Assembly: GCF_006345805.1 (NCBI RefSeq)
Contig: NC_043000.1
Span: forward strand, 80,724,001 to 80,788,000
From: Octopus sinensis
Taxonomy: Eukaryota
DNA length: 64,000 bases
Reading direction: 5' to 3'
Below the pieces are notes generated by a model. The model was not told the DNA's origin and did no database searches. It saw nothing but the letters and a program-made list of their open reading frames with translations. The number at the start of each line of letters is the position of its first letter. Positions within the stretch are counted from its first letter, which is position 1. The position numbers and the translations under genes were made by a program. Shown in pieces: positions 39,930 to 52,520 of this stretch.

Positions 39930-40105
39930 TTGGTTTCGAATTTTGGCACTAGGCCAGCAAGTTTGGAGGGAGAGGGGAGACACCAGTGCTTTATCGATGA
40001 AAGGTAAAATCGACCTCGGTAGAATTTGAACTCAGAACGTTAAGCTGGACGAAATGTTACTAAGTATTTTGCTCGGCGTGCAAAATACTTTGCCAGCTCG
40101 TTGCC
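39930..40105 (-). mobile_element. SINE family B
   Basis: Reverse complement of the family B head and core. Confidence 0.8.
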
Positions 40106-43100
40106 TTAACTCCTAAGATTGATGTCGAATAGATTTGTAAATGCATCATCGACAAATAATTCCTAGTGAGATTTGGACTTTGAACGCAAAGACTCTGGGC
40201 AACTAACACAAAGCATCCAATTCGATGCTGTAAGAATTCACGTAGTCTACTGTCCCCGACCAGGAGTATGAATAGCAAAGTTAAGTGGAGTGGGATTTGA
40301 GCTAAGAGTGCAAGAATCTGGTTTAATACTGTAGGAAATTTCATCTGATTTCCTAACGACACTGCCAATATGTCGTCTTTACATATAATGATTTGGAATT
40401 ATTCACATATGATTACTACTGATGTATATCTATTTTTTGACACAACAATAAAATACTCTGTAGGTAAGAGCAATACAAGCAATAATAAAAAATGTTTCAC
40501 CCATGAAATTACACATTCGAAATGGTTAACTATTGTTAGGATATCCTTGATAAAAACTGAAGTAACTTCTTTCAGTCCGACATTTGTGATTATTACGCTT
40601 CGATCATCCGACCTATACTGAATGATGAAATGTATTTCAGTATAACACCAATACCACAAAAGTAAAATTGAAATCATTCTGTGTGCTCATCAAATGTAAT
40701 GATTATATAATGTAATGATATTCTAGACTAAGAAATTCAATGATTCCCTTAATATTAGGATGTTTGCTCAGAATTGAAACAAAAAACATTTCCTAATATC
40801 GCAAGAAGTTTTTGCTTTGGCGAAGGGCTTTTGGTCCTAATTAATCGCATCTGATAAATTCAGGAAAACCTCCACAGCTTCTTTAAGGACTTTCGTTTCA
40901 GAATAACCGATGAAATTTACTGGAAAAAGCAAACTATTCTGCTGCTAGCCTAGATCGCTTCAATTTTCGTTATCACTTGAGCTACAAACCTAATAAAACA
41001 ATTATGTCCATAAATACTCTAATAAACGCGGATATACTGTTCATAAGTTAATCTCAAATTTCTCACATAGGCTTATGAACAGATTTTTCCAATACACCTC
41101 AATATTACAACCAAGCCTTGGTTAAATGTAGTTTTCAGGATAAGATTTATTACACGACGACATCTACCGGATGCACCAATAAAAACAAAAGCATAAAAAT
41201 ATCAGTTGTTATGCCATTGGTCGAAATCTCCCTTAATTATTTCCTCTTAAATCGTGAACATCATTAGATCTTTAAGAAAAAACACTATCAAAATTTCCTA
41301 ATACCCTAAATTTTGACTGTAAATTCACATACTGTATGTAATGCTTGTAAAATTTGTAAACGTAACAAATCTATTAACACACCAACCCGAACAACAGCTC
41401 TGATCCCAGCAACTGCTCTCTAGAATCTAATTCTGTGTGTAAAAGATATTCATGTTCAAATGTTTAGTTACTCTGAAGCTTACGCTAGTATGACCTCAAG
41501 TCTATTTATATCAATATTCTATTTGTATAGGAATTCCTTTAAAAACACTTTAGAAACAAAAGCAGATAAATCTCTTTGGCATACTACATTTAGTCGTAAA
41601 AAAAATAGTGTCATATCATTATAATTGGAGCATTCTTTCTAGAGAAAAACGTATTACTAGAGGTAATAATAATTTCTATAATCTTTACACTATAGAGGAC
41701 TACCATTTTCGTAAAATCTCTTAACTCAATTGCCAATTAGAAAATATTCAGAACTGCATTCGTAGAATACAAATGTTTTGAACCGAACATATTTCTACAC
41801 CGCTTACAATGGCCTGCATCTGTTGACCCATTCACAAAGTCTTTCACATAATTAATTCATCTCTTCACCTTCACTTTGGTTGATGATTGTAAGTTCAACA
41901 ACGCTATCACTGCATTGTATTTTCTTTTTTGATCGTGTGTTCGTTTGTGCCTTTTTAAAATGTTTTGACTTAGAGTCAGTTACCATTTTAATCGACTTTA
42001 TTCACATTTCCTCTTTGCTTTATTCTAACTCGACATTCTGAAGAGTGTAACGAAACAGCATGATCACTCTGTAAATGTCGATTTTATCAAATCAAAACAT
42101 CTCTGTGTATGTGTGTGTGTGCATTTCAAATAATTTTGAGGTGATATTTGAAGCATTGTGATAAGCAAAATTCGAACGAATTTGGAAGCCAAACAATGTA
42201 TTTAACAAAAGCATAATTTATTGTTCTTTTTCTTTCCTTCTTGCATTGTTCTTTTTTTTTTATCAAAACGTCCATTTCAAAGGGAGTGTTAGTCAGTATA
42301 TATTGGAATGGAAATGAAGACAATGGACAAAGTAACACATACAGACAAACAGGCATCCATCCCGACTGATTCATCGAAGTCCGGAAGCCAGCTGAAACAG
42401 AGTTCAAATGTAATGGCAGCAATAGTAGCTTTCAAAAATTCTCCGTCAACCAGACAAATAAATCAACGGCAGATTTCACTGGGTTTGTCTTGTTGTTATT
42501 GTTGTTGTCGAAAATGAAAAGATGGCGATAAATGAGTAAGCACAATATTACAAACAGATAACACAGCGCAGCAGGCAACACAAAAAATAATACAAGATGC
42601 AACACAAGCTATAAAAATACAACGCAATGAACATCAGCAACAAAAAATATTCCTATCCGACCAACCAGTCAGCCTGTGATTAATTCTTACGAGGTAATAT
42701 TGAGGAACCATGGAGCTGTTGCTAGGTAATGGGATGCGGGTTCACTAATGTTAACATGCTTTGTAAAGGTGGTCAAGCCGTTTGTGAACTTCATGCTTTT
42801 AAAGTTTCATGTTTAAATGTAAATTAATGTTAAAACATACGATTTCTTTGCGATATAAACGTTGTAGCGAACATTTTTTTTTATACTTCAGACACTTTAA
42901 TTCTTCCTTGTCATGTGTATTGCTTTTGACCGGTCAGAGATTAGTAATCGGTGAAACTAACTTCTCTGTAAAGGGACAGAAAAAATAATTCTCTTCCCCT
43001 TTCTCACATGGCGCCATTCGCTCGACACATGCAAACATCCTCCTCTGACTTTTTATTTTGGCAGCAACCATGTACAGGTACCGAATATTTCTTTACTTGC

Positions 43101-43304
43101 ATTTCACTTTCCCGTGATAGCAGTCAACTTCTACAACTGCACAAACTTGAGTCTGTGCCGTTGTAGAAGAGCTTCCGCCAGAAAATATGTGTACATTTAG
43201 CTGTCTTTCTTCATATGAAGACCATTTAACTTTGGTCGATTCCATAGACACGAACACATGAAAATATCTATGCATAATGTCCATAGCATTACTACAACAT
43301 AAAA

Positions 43305-43798
43305 TGGATCTTTACCTTTTGACCGCTACACACTTTCAAACTTCGTATACTAGTAGAATGTGTCACATAAAACATCTTTTACTCTTGGCGTTGTTGAGAA
43401 AATTCTGTATTTTGCAAGTTATTTCTTGTTAAAGTTGAGGTATTTCGGTAATTTCAACCAATCCCTGACGTGTATTCAGCTGAATAAAATTACTGCCGTT
43501 GTTTGTCAACAACTATCGGCAGTGTATATTTCGTTTGTCACTGTTATTTATGACATCGTTCGAAATATACACTGCCGATAGTTGTTGTCGGCAGTAATTT
43601 TATTCAGCTGAATTGATTGGTTGAAATTACCGAAATGCCTCAACTTTAACAAGAAATAACTTGCAAAATACAGAATTTTCTCAACAATGCCAAGAGTAAA
43701 AGATGTTTTATGTGACACATTCTACAAGTGTCCGAAGTTTGAAAGTGTTTAGTTACAAAAAATTATTTTTTAAATTTGTCAGTCAAAAAGTAAAGATC
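43305..43798. mobile_element. Long palindromic MITE-like element (copy 1)
   Basis: Arms from acactttcaaacttcg (43330) to cgaagtttgaaagtgt (43748) pair over about 170 bp, with an inner second hairpin; outer gatcttttac/gtaaagatc also pair. Confidence 0.85.
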
Positions 43799-44200
43799 TG
43801 TAACGGTAACGAGTAGCTTCTTGCACTTTCAGGGTGCAACTGGTGCATACAGGATTTCCGTTGCTTTACTTTCCAGATTCTACCAGTCAGAAAACACAAG
43901 ACGCAAACGTAAAAAATATATATACTTTATTCTCCTATCCACAGAACGAAATAAGTGGTGTATCTGGTATCCCTTGGTTCTTGATGTGCAAGGCTGAACT
44001 TTAACGCTGTAAGATTTCTTACAATGTTCAGCCGCTAAAACAGAGCTGGTCAAAATGGCGTCCTTAGGGAGCGAAGGGAATACGCGTCTGCAACCTTCGA
44101 TCGCTATGCTTCAAGTCACTGCTTACTGCTGCTATATCTCTCTCTGGACGCCCAGTTGGTCAACGTTTTAAGCTCCCTTGCCTATCGGCTAACTGCCACA
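43799..44200 (-). mobile_element. Probable solo LTR
   Basis: TG...CA termini (tgtaacgg / ctgccaca); on minus AATAAA lies about 130 bp from an end reading cgttaca; no exact TSD. Confidence 0.5.
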
Positions 44201-44340
44201 TCATCAAATCCCTTCTTCCGGTCTTCGCGCATGCGCGAGAGGGCCCTTCCCCTCTGCCTTGGTGAAAGCACCAACTCCGCACGCGCGAAACAGAAAAGGA
44301 CGGTGCGCGCGCGCGCACCGTTGTATAGGATCACTACAGA
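44201..44340. promoter_or_regulatory. CpG-rich island with NRF1-like and ETS-like motifs, candidate promoter
   Basis: cttccgg (ETS-like), gcgcatgcgc (NRF1-like), and a 22-bp perfect palindrome acggtgcgcgcgcgcgcaccgt at 44300-44321 in otherwise CpG-poor DNA. Confidence 0.4.
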
Positions 44341-45299
44341 TCCAATGAAATATGTAACTTTCTTATCAGTGTACTTTTTCATAAACACATTTATGCAAAC
44401 TATTGCAAAGGAATACCTAGAATTTTCCATGTTCTACTTCTATATTGAAGTTGAATATTCAAAACACGTGTCGTAGAATTACTATTGTTTTATGATAACA
44501 ACAAGAGAAAATGATATACAACTAGATTTTGTTATTACATTTATGAAAGTGACCAAGGCGAGGAGCTGGTAGAATCGCTAGCGCATCGGACGGCCCTTTC
44601 AAAGGGGCACCACTTTGGGGTCCGCTGAAGGCAAAATGTATTTTTTGTGGAGACAGGGGGCGGCAAACGGAAGAGTAGCCCTGGGTGGTACACACTCTAG
44701 CTACGCTAGTGGATCGATGTACCCGACAAACCACTACCTTCAAAATTTCAGGCCTTGTGTCTACAGTAGAAAGAATATTTATTAACCTTCTAAATATATA
44801 ACCTGTATTAATTTCTGACAGAGATGTTTTGGAAGACGTTGATGGAAATTTGTAAGATATTTGTAGTAAAATATCAATTATATGACGTGAAAAATAGTTG
44901 TGATTATAAAAAATGAAAAACGATTGTAATTATAAAATTTCATTATTCAACTCAATTTACAATCTCACCAGTCAGTATCAGCTGAAATTCTTTTTTGTTG
45001 AATTTTCATTTCGGGAAGCCAATTCCGTTGCAACTGTAACCGAATTTATTTGCCTGTCTGGTATTTGTGATACAAAAAGTATAACAAGGGAATTTAATCT
45101 TTGTTGCGTCATTCTTAACAGAAGACAATGTTTTCTGTCGTTTTGTCAGAGAAAAATGTAAAAATGTTCGTTCACCTGAATCAAGTATTACAGGAATTCT
45201 TAGTAAAAGTTGACAAATGTACAAGTTTCTGATAGTATGTGCTTTCTATCTTTTTTTTTTTTTTTTTTTGGTGATCTACAATATCAACCAAACAACAGA

Positions 45300-46560
45300 G
45301 GTCTCTCTCGGTGAAACTTCAAATACTGGATGGATGTTGAGCTAACGAAAATTGTCAATGTCATCAGTGTTTCTTTCCATAATAAAAGTGAGGAAAAGAT
45401 GACTCCGATATTCTGAGGTGACTCAACAAAACTGGTAGAGCCACAATATATTAAATAACCACACTTCCATAATGGTTGCTTTGGTTATGAAAGATATACT
45501 TTGATGAAGTAGACACAAACTTCGTTTTAAGTACCTCTGGTAAATATACTGATGTATCCAACAATGGACAACTTATTTTATATGTTCGTTGCAGTGACAA
45601 AAGCCTGATGGCCAATGTTTGTGTTAGACATAATTTTTGGTATAATTTTCCGTCATTATAGACGTGTTCACTATACTGAAACTACATTGATGCAATTGAA
45701 GAGGCGTATGCTTTGACAAAAACAACTTGTGTTTGGAATGGCCAAACGATTGAAAAAACTTCATCTGTATTTAAAATTCTCATGGTTTGAGAGTGAACGA
45801 AATTACAATGCGCTGCATCACATTATCTTACGGGGTAAGGTACAGTAAAGAGATTGTAATTTTAATCAAGTATTCACCAAAGAGGAAAAAATTACTTGAG
45901 ATGAAAAAAAAATATAGAAGAGTATGAAATTATATTGACAACTGATGGTATATTCATTCCCAATGCATCGAGATGGGCAGAGTGCGTTTCTTGCTTTTAA
46001 CGAATTATCTTTTGTCTTTTTTTTACTTGTTTCAGTCATAAGACTGCAGCCTCGTGTTTTGGCAAGAATGTGTGTAGTCACAACTGGATGTTGTTCGGGG
46101 TCGTATAATTAGACGCCAAGAATAAATAGAAATGCTTAATTTCTTCTTTGAACTAAATCTCAGTTCTTCTACTTGCATACAGCCAATTTATCAAAGTCGC
46201 TGCAAGCAGCTAATGGTATAATGTCATCAATAGAGAGACAGAGGATGGAAATTTACTAAACCAGTTTCGAAAAGAGATGAGGAATGGCGATTCATTTGAC
46301 AATCTCTGCGATGATATAGTGTAGAAAGTAAGGACACACCATTTTGTCTCAGAAACTGCATTATCATGAAAACTAAAGTACCCTAGAACAATTGAAATGA
46401 GGATTGAAGAAGGCACATTTCAATTGACAGCACGAGAGCTCTACAGAAGTATTTTATTGGTTAACACTTTGATCGCGCGAATTACAAGGTACATAAAATG
46501 TTGGAGACATCGCTATTAAAGGTTATCATCAAAGTGAATACCTTGTCAGAAATCGCTTTC
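45300..46560 (+). pseudogene. hAT-like transposase remnant
   Basis: Scattered pieces such as DVSNNGQLILYVR (45550), a decayed CYDGA..M.G-like segment (about 45810) and LSKSLQ (46190); no intact ORF. Confidence 0.4.
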
Positions 46561-48344
46561 ATTATAGAAAGAAACACAGATGACTTACGTCGGAGTAACC
46601 GCTCAAACAAAACGATTCTATTTGTTTTGCGATTATGTCATTAGATACGAATCTAGTGAATCGACACAACTTAAATAGCACTCTGTAACACGATCTTTGT
46701 CCTTGGTAGCAACTGTTCTTTCTTATTTGCTTACCCGTAGAAAGTATGAAAAATGGTTAATTTTTACTTCAAACTTTGCTTTTGCTACATTCATTTAAAG
46801 CCTAAAGAATCATTCTCCACACATGGCTATGATGCTCCTTTACTACTCCTGCTCATGATCAGAGATGCAAATATTGTCAGTCACTAAGGAAATGCTCAAG
46901 TGGTTAAGGTCAAGCAACTGACAAGCAAATTTGTGGTATTGAATAGAATATTTGCTATAACGATGTACCTGAAATAGATGTAAACTGAACTGTTGGGCTT
47001 ATGATCCCCGTACTAATACTGCTATCTATGTTGCCGGAACGTTCTAGAGACACTTTGAAAACTTTAGAAACTTCTCGAAAGTTCTTGAAAGTTCTAGAAA
47101 ATTCTGCTTCAGCAATTCAGTGCTGAATCTGTCTGAAATATTATATAGGTCAGTTTCAAAACATTGAAAAAGTAAAGTTTGACGGGAATAAGTAATTTCC
47201 TTTGATTTCTAGATGAAAGCAAACAGGAAATAACATTTACTGAGAAAAAAAAAAAAAAAAAGATTGTTACACTGTGTAATTTGTGCCCAAATTTGTAAAC
47301 ACAAAAAGCTATATTTCAGCCAAATCACCCAACTTTCTACTCCGAGCTAGGTTTTATCTGTTATCACACAGTGGCGTATAAACAGTAGTGTGTAATTTTC
47401 TACTTATTTATCCGACTTACTTAACTCATACGTATTAAAACAGTGACAGTTCCAAAAATATTCGTTCCGCTTCCTTTTCACTTAATTACATATCAGTAGA
47501 GTTACTGTGAAAATTTCACAAGTTACTCTTCAAATTGGTAATTTTTCTAAATTCTGTATATTTTTGCACATGAAATATTATACTATTTTATCAATTCACC
47601 GCTTGAGTTATTTTAAATCCTGAAAATAATGTTTCGGCATCAAGAAATAATTCAATTCTGGGTTAATTGATAAAGTAAAATAGCAATTTCTAAAAAGTAA
47701 TATTTCATAAAACCAACTAATTATCTGCTTACTTTCCACTAGAATTCATAATACACACAAATCGAATGTGAACCAATAGAATATTAGTATTCTTTTTCTT
47801 TCCTTCGTCATTCTCGCACCGTAGGTAAATATGGATAGTTGCTACTGTAACATATTTAGACATGTAATTCACTTACCTCTAGGTTCATCATTATTGTCCA
47901 GTTATTGTTCCGTATTTTGAAGGCATGTGGCTTAAAGGTTAGAGTATTCAGCACACGATCGTATGGTCGTGAGCTCGATTCGCGGTGGTGCACTGGTCGG
48001 ACTGATCTTAAACGCTAACACTAGACCCTAATTCTAAGCCGAGTGTATCTCAAAATTTTGCTTTTGAGTTTTCGCTATTAATTGTTTACGTGAACTGCAG
48101 CATTATAACCGTACTGTTTGTATTGTTTTTGTTTTTTTGTTTTGTTTTGTTTTGTTTCAGTAATCAAACATACGGTTTGTTATTTTCTAATCTTTTGAAA
48201 ACAAAATTTATTGAGGATTTCTCCTTTTTATATTGCCGGTTCCAACGTTTTACATGACTTTATTCATTTAAAGTTTAAATTTTAAACTTATTTAAACTCG
48301 AAAACTTCTTACAACTTTCGTTGTCGTAATATATTGCTTTCAAT

Positions 48345-48745
48345 TCAAGGCGACGAGCTGGCAGAAACGTTAGCACACCGAGTGAAATGCGTAGCCGTAT
48401 TTCGTCTGCCGTTACGTTCTGAGTTCAAATTCCGCCGAGGTCCACTTTGCCTTTCATCTTTTCGGGGTCGATTAAATAAGTACTAGTTGCGCACTGGGGT
48501 CGATATAATCGACTTAATCCGTTTGTCTGTCCTTGTTTGTCCCCTCTGTGTTTAGTCCCTTGTGGGTAGTAAAGAAATAGGTATTTCGTCTGTCTTTACG
48601 TTCTGAGTTCAAATTCCACCGAGGCCGACTTTGCTTTTCATCCTTTCAGGGTCGATAAAATAAGTTCCAGAGGCGTACTGAAATCGATCTAATCGACTGG
48701 CCCCGTCCCCCAAAATTTCGGGCCTTGTGCATAGAGTAGAAAAGA
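48345..48745 (+). mobile_element. SINE family B, low divergence, followed by a second tandem unit with a different tail
   Basis: Head ggcgacgagctggcagaaacgttagca; first unit ends cccttgtgggtagtaaagaaata (48579); second unit ends aaaatttcgggccttgtgc..agtagaaaagaata. Confidence 0.9.
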
Positions 48746-48944
48746 ATATATTGCTTTCAATTTGTTTAATAAAAGTTATCACGCAGAAAATGCCAGCTTC
48801 CAACTCCTGTTTTCTGATTTAGCTAAAAACAATCAAACTTTAAAACCTCTGTAACATTTTTCAAAATTTTTTTCTGGGACAAATGAATAACAACATTCAG
48901 CGCGAAAAATTACATCAATATATCAAATTCGAAAATCTATATTT

Positions 48945-49448
48945 ACTTTTAAAATTTCAAAAGATGACGTACAGATTTAGAAAAATAATTTTTTGTAACT
49001 AAACACTTTTAAATTTCGGACACTGGTAGAATGTGTCATATAAAACGTTTTACTTTTAGCATTTTTGAGAAAATCATATTTACGAGGTAATTTCACGTTA
49101 AAGTAGGCCTATTTCGGTAATTTCAACCAATCAATGACGTGTATTCAGCTGCCGTTGTTTGTCATGAAGAACTTCCGGCGGTGTATTTTTCGTTTGTCAC
49201 TGCTATTTATGACAACCCTAAAACCCTAACCCTAAAACCAGTACAAACGCACGAACGATGTCATAAATAACAGTGACAAACGAAATATATACCACCGATA
49301 GTAATTTTATTCAGCTGAATACACGTCATTGATTGGTCGAAATTACCGAAACAGGCCTACTTTAACGTGAAATTACTTCGTAAATATAAGTTTTTCTCAA
49401 AAATGCTAAGAGTAAAACATGTTTTATATGACACATTCTACCAGTGTC
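48945..49448. mobile_element. Long palindromic MITE-like element (copy 2) with a (CCCTAA)-like centre
   Basis: gacactggtagaatgtgtcatataaaac / gttttatatgacacattctaccagtgtc arms; homologous to 43305-43798; aaccctaaaaccctaaccctaaaacc at 49214-49239. Confidence 0.85.
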
Positions 49449-50305
49449 AGGTGGGGGTGAGAGTTGGCCTCCCTAGTCCCTTTGATCCCAAAGTAAATGT
49501 ATCTTGTCGACATTCCATCCCTCTTCGACGAAGAATTTTACTGAAACATTAAATTTATCTTCTGCCTTATGGCATAAATCATATCCCTTTATTTCAGATA
49601 CTTAGATTACTCGGATTTTACTGGGTGTTCAGACGGTTGTAACATTTACTGTAGTTTTGACTTTCAGGGAAAAAAAAAGAAAAGAAAACTTACAAATGTT
49701 CGCTACTTTACAAAAATTGTATCAGCTAAGCAAATGGCATTCTCTAAATGTATTAAAGACACCATAACAGATTCAGAACGCTATTTCAGAAATTTATCTC
49801 CATTCTGTTTGACAAATTTAGATGGGGCAAAATGAGTAAGATATGATAAAGTAAGTTTGCCTCTTCAGTTCTCCAGAATTACATTTGAAAAAAGGCTCAT
49901 ATACATCACTATCCATCCTTAGACATAAGAAAGATCAGAAATGCAACAAAAAGGTTTTAGTTCTTAGGTCAAATTGAAAGAGGTTAATGGAAAAATGACA
50001 CATGATATGAAATTTTTAAAATTCGACTAAATCTAAAAACACAACATAAAATATTATCTATAACCTTTTCACGACCTGCATCATGCTGTTAAATTGAAAG
50101 AAATTATTAAAATTCGTCATTACTCACGTTATCCCATTTTAGACACCATTTTTTGAAAATTAAATATTAATAAATTAGTGTGGGAAAAATTGACTTTGTA
50201 ATCCAGAGAAAAGAATACTAATTGTTAAACACCAAAAATTATCCAGGTATTTTATCTGCAACCTCAATTACAATCAGGTTCAAAATTAAGGAAAGCTGTT
50301 TCGAC

Positions 50306-50728
50306 GGAGTTTCACATCAGGATGCCCACATAAATTGAATTTTCTTTGTTTTGACGGGTTTTTTTTCCCAGTTTTCTTTTCACTACGGCCTTCAAAATGT
50401 TGGGGTGCATCTTTCCATGAAAAAAATTTTTTGAAAATTTATGATTTTCGTTTTTCACTTCAATCTCCTCGCCACTCACCTTCAGACCGATGGTTTTTAA
50501 GTGTGTAGTGCAAAAAAAAAAAAATTGACCAAAATCGGTCCGGAAGGTGGTGGTAGGGGGGTGTAAAAAAATCATAAATTTACAAATCATTTTTTCATAA
50601 AAAGATGCCCTCATCATTTCGAAGGCCGTGGCCAAAAAATAAAAAAAAAAAAAAGAAAGAAAGAAAAGAAAAATTCCCGTCAAAACGGAGAAAAACCAAC
50701 TTATGTGGGTGTCCTGATCCGAAACTCC
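50306..50728. mobile_element. Palindromic MITE (second family)
   Basis: ggagtttc..atcaggatgcccacataa...ttttgacggg pairs with cccgtcaaaac...ttatgtgggtgtcctgat..gaaactcc; inner pairing ggccttc/gaaggcc. Confidence 0.75.
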
Positions 50729-50890
50729 ACCAAGATTTCTTGGAAAAATAAAAAAGTTAATGAACCTGCAGTCCCCACTATAACTTTCCAGAATAATGTA
50801 CCGGGTGTTCTAGAACAGTGGATGGTGGTTGAAAAAAAAAACAACTTTATTTTTAATACAGTTCTGTATTTAAGAGATGAGGAATTATGT

Positions 50891-51273
50891 ACATTATTTA
50901 CATTCGACGGATATTTGTCCTCATCTTTGTTGTTAAGACAACGTTTCGGCTGATATACCCACCAGCCTTCTTCGGGTGTCTTGGGAAAATTTCGAACCTG
51001 GGTTCTCATTCCTAAGGTATTCTTCGAAGTTACTATTATTATTCGATTCCAAGCAGTGACCTGAATAACAACAACAAAAACAACAATAACAACAGCAATT
51101 ATAATAATAATAATGATAATAATAATAATAACATCGAAGAATACCTTAGGAATGAGAACCCAGGCTCGAAATTTCCCCATGACACATGAAGAAGGCTCGA
51201 GGGTATATCAGCCGAAACATTGTGTTAACAACAAACAAGATGAGGACAAATATCCGTCGAATGTAAATAATGT
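50891..51273. mobile_element. Inverted pair of Penelope-like pLTR fragments with decayed hammerhead motifs, around an (AAT)n tract
   Basis: 50891-51040 (-) and 51118-51273 (+) align; each has gacac-[C/A][C/T]GAAGA-a-ggct..cagcc-GAAAC.TT-gt(g/c)tt. Confidence 0.7.
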
Positions 51274-51687
51274 TTATTTTTAATATTTCATAATTATATA
51301 CTTTCCCTAAAGAAATATCCACACCAAGGCATTAGAATAGTGCTATACTGTAGCAAACAGTCATCACACAGTAAGCTTGGCTGGAGGAATTGGTTTGGCT
51401 AGGGTGAATATAAGTGTATGTTTGCGGTGAAAAGGAAAGATTCTCATAATTCTACAAACAAAACAAAGAAAAAAATTGTATCCCTCGCCCCACCACAATT
51501 TTCCTAGGCCCCGCCGGTTGGACGTATGCCTCACATGGGGAATCACTGATATAAATTGTAGGTGACAGTTAAGACAGTTTGCACTGTTTCTCCTGTTCAG
51601 TCTATTTCTTGTATTTACAGGCGAGACTTACAAGATGACCTAAGTGAGCGATTGTTGCTGTTTCTCTGTACTAGTTTCAACATTTTT

Positions 51688-52426
51688 ATTAGCGGCTGAG
51701 TCAGTATCATTACTGGGAAGTAATGTATACCATAGTTAAGGAGGCGAGCTGGCAGAGTCGTTACCATGCCGATAGGGGCTAAACAGGGATCCTTATGTCC
51801 AAAGGCAACAGACACAGGTTGTAGACTCAGATGTTGACTATGGTGTGCTTTCCAAGAAAGACAACGCACAACTATAACTGCATTATCGTTTATTTGGAAG
51901 ATCAACCGCGCAAGCAGGATAATGTATTCAGTTGTTTTGAAGAGACTGACACCTCAGGCAGAAAACATAGACGACAAACAAGCAGGCTCTGTAACGGTAG
52001 AAGCACTAATAGTCTTCAACTTCCTTTTCCTTTGTTACAAATATCTTCAGTACCAAAGGGGATTCTAAAATCTCTTCTAGTTTTCAGGAACCTGTTTGAC
52101 ACCATGCCTTATGGGCCTCAATGAACAAAGTTAACATGAAGCAGAGGGAAACTCATTATAGCTAACACATTTACGTCAAGGCAATACCGTCCAGTATTTG
52201 TACAAAGTACTATCGAAGTGACGGTCATATCACCACAGGTGATCCTCTGTGTGCTTTCTTGGAAAGCACACCATAGTCAACATCTGAGTCTACAACCTGT
52301 GTTTGTTGCCTTTGGACATAAGGATCTCTGTTTCGCCTCTATCGGCATGGTAACGACTCTGCCAGCTCGCCTCCTTTACTATGGTATACATTACATCCCA
52401 GTAATAATACTGACTCAGTCGCTAAT
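51688..52426. repeat. Inverted duplication, arms about 173 bp, spacer about 390 bp
   Basis: 51688-51860 versus 52254-52426, few mismatches; each arm includes a SINE family B head. Confidence 0.9.
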
Positions 52427-52520
52427 GTGTGTTTCTAGAGCAGAAAATGAATGATGTTCATGAAGATCACAAATTTATATATATATATTCTTATATGTAT
52501 GTATGTATGTATGTATGTAT

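Noticed and set aside
47920-48000. tRNA-like sequence (also at 6765, 11005-11100, 48345)
   Set aside because: These are tRNA-derived SINE heads without a complete cloverleaf, not tRNA genes.
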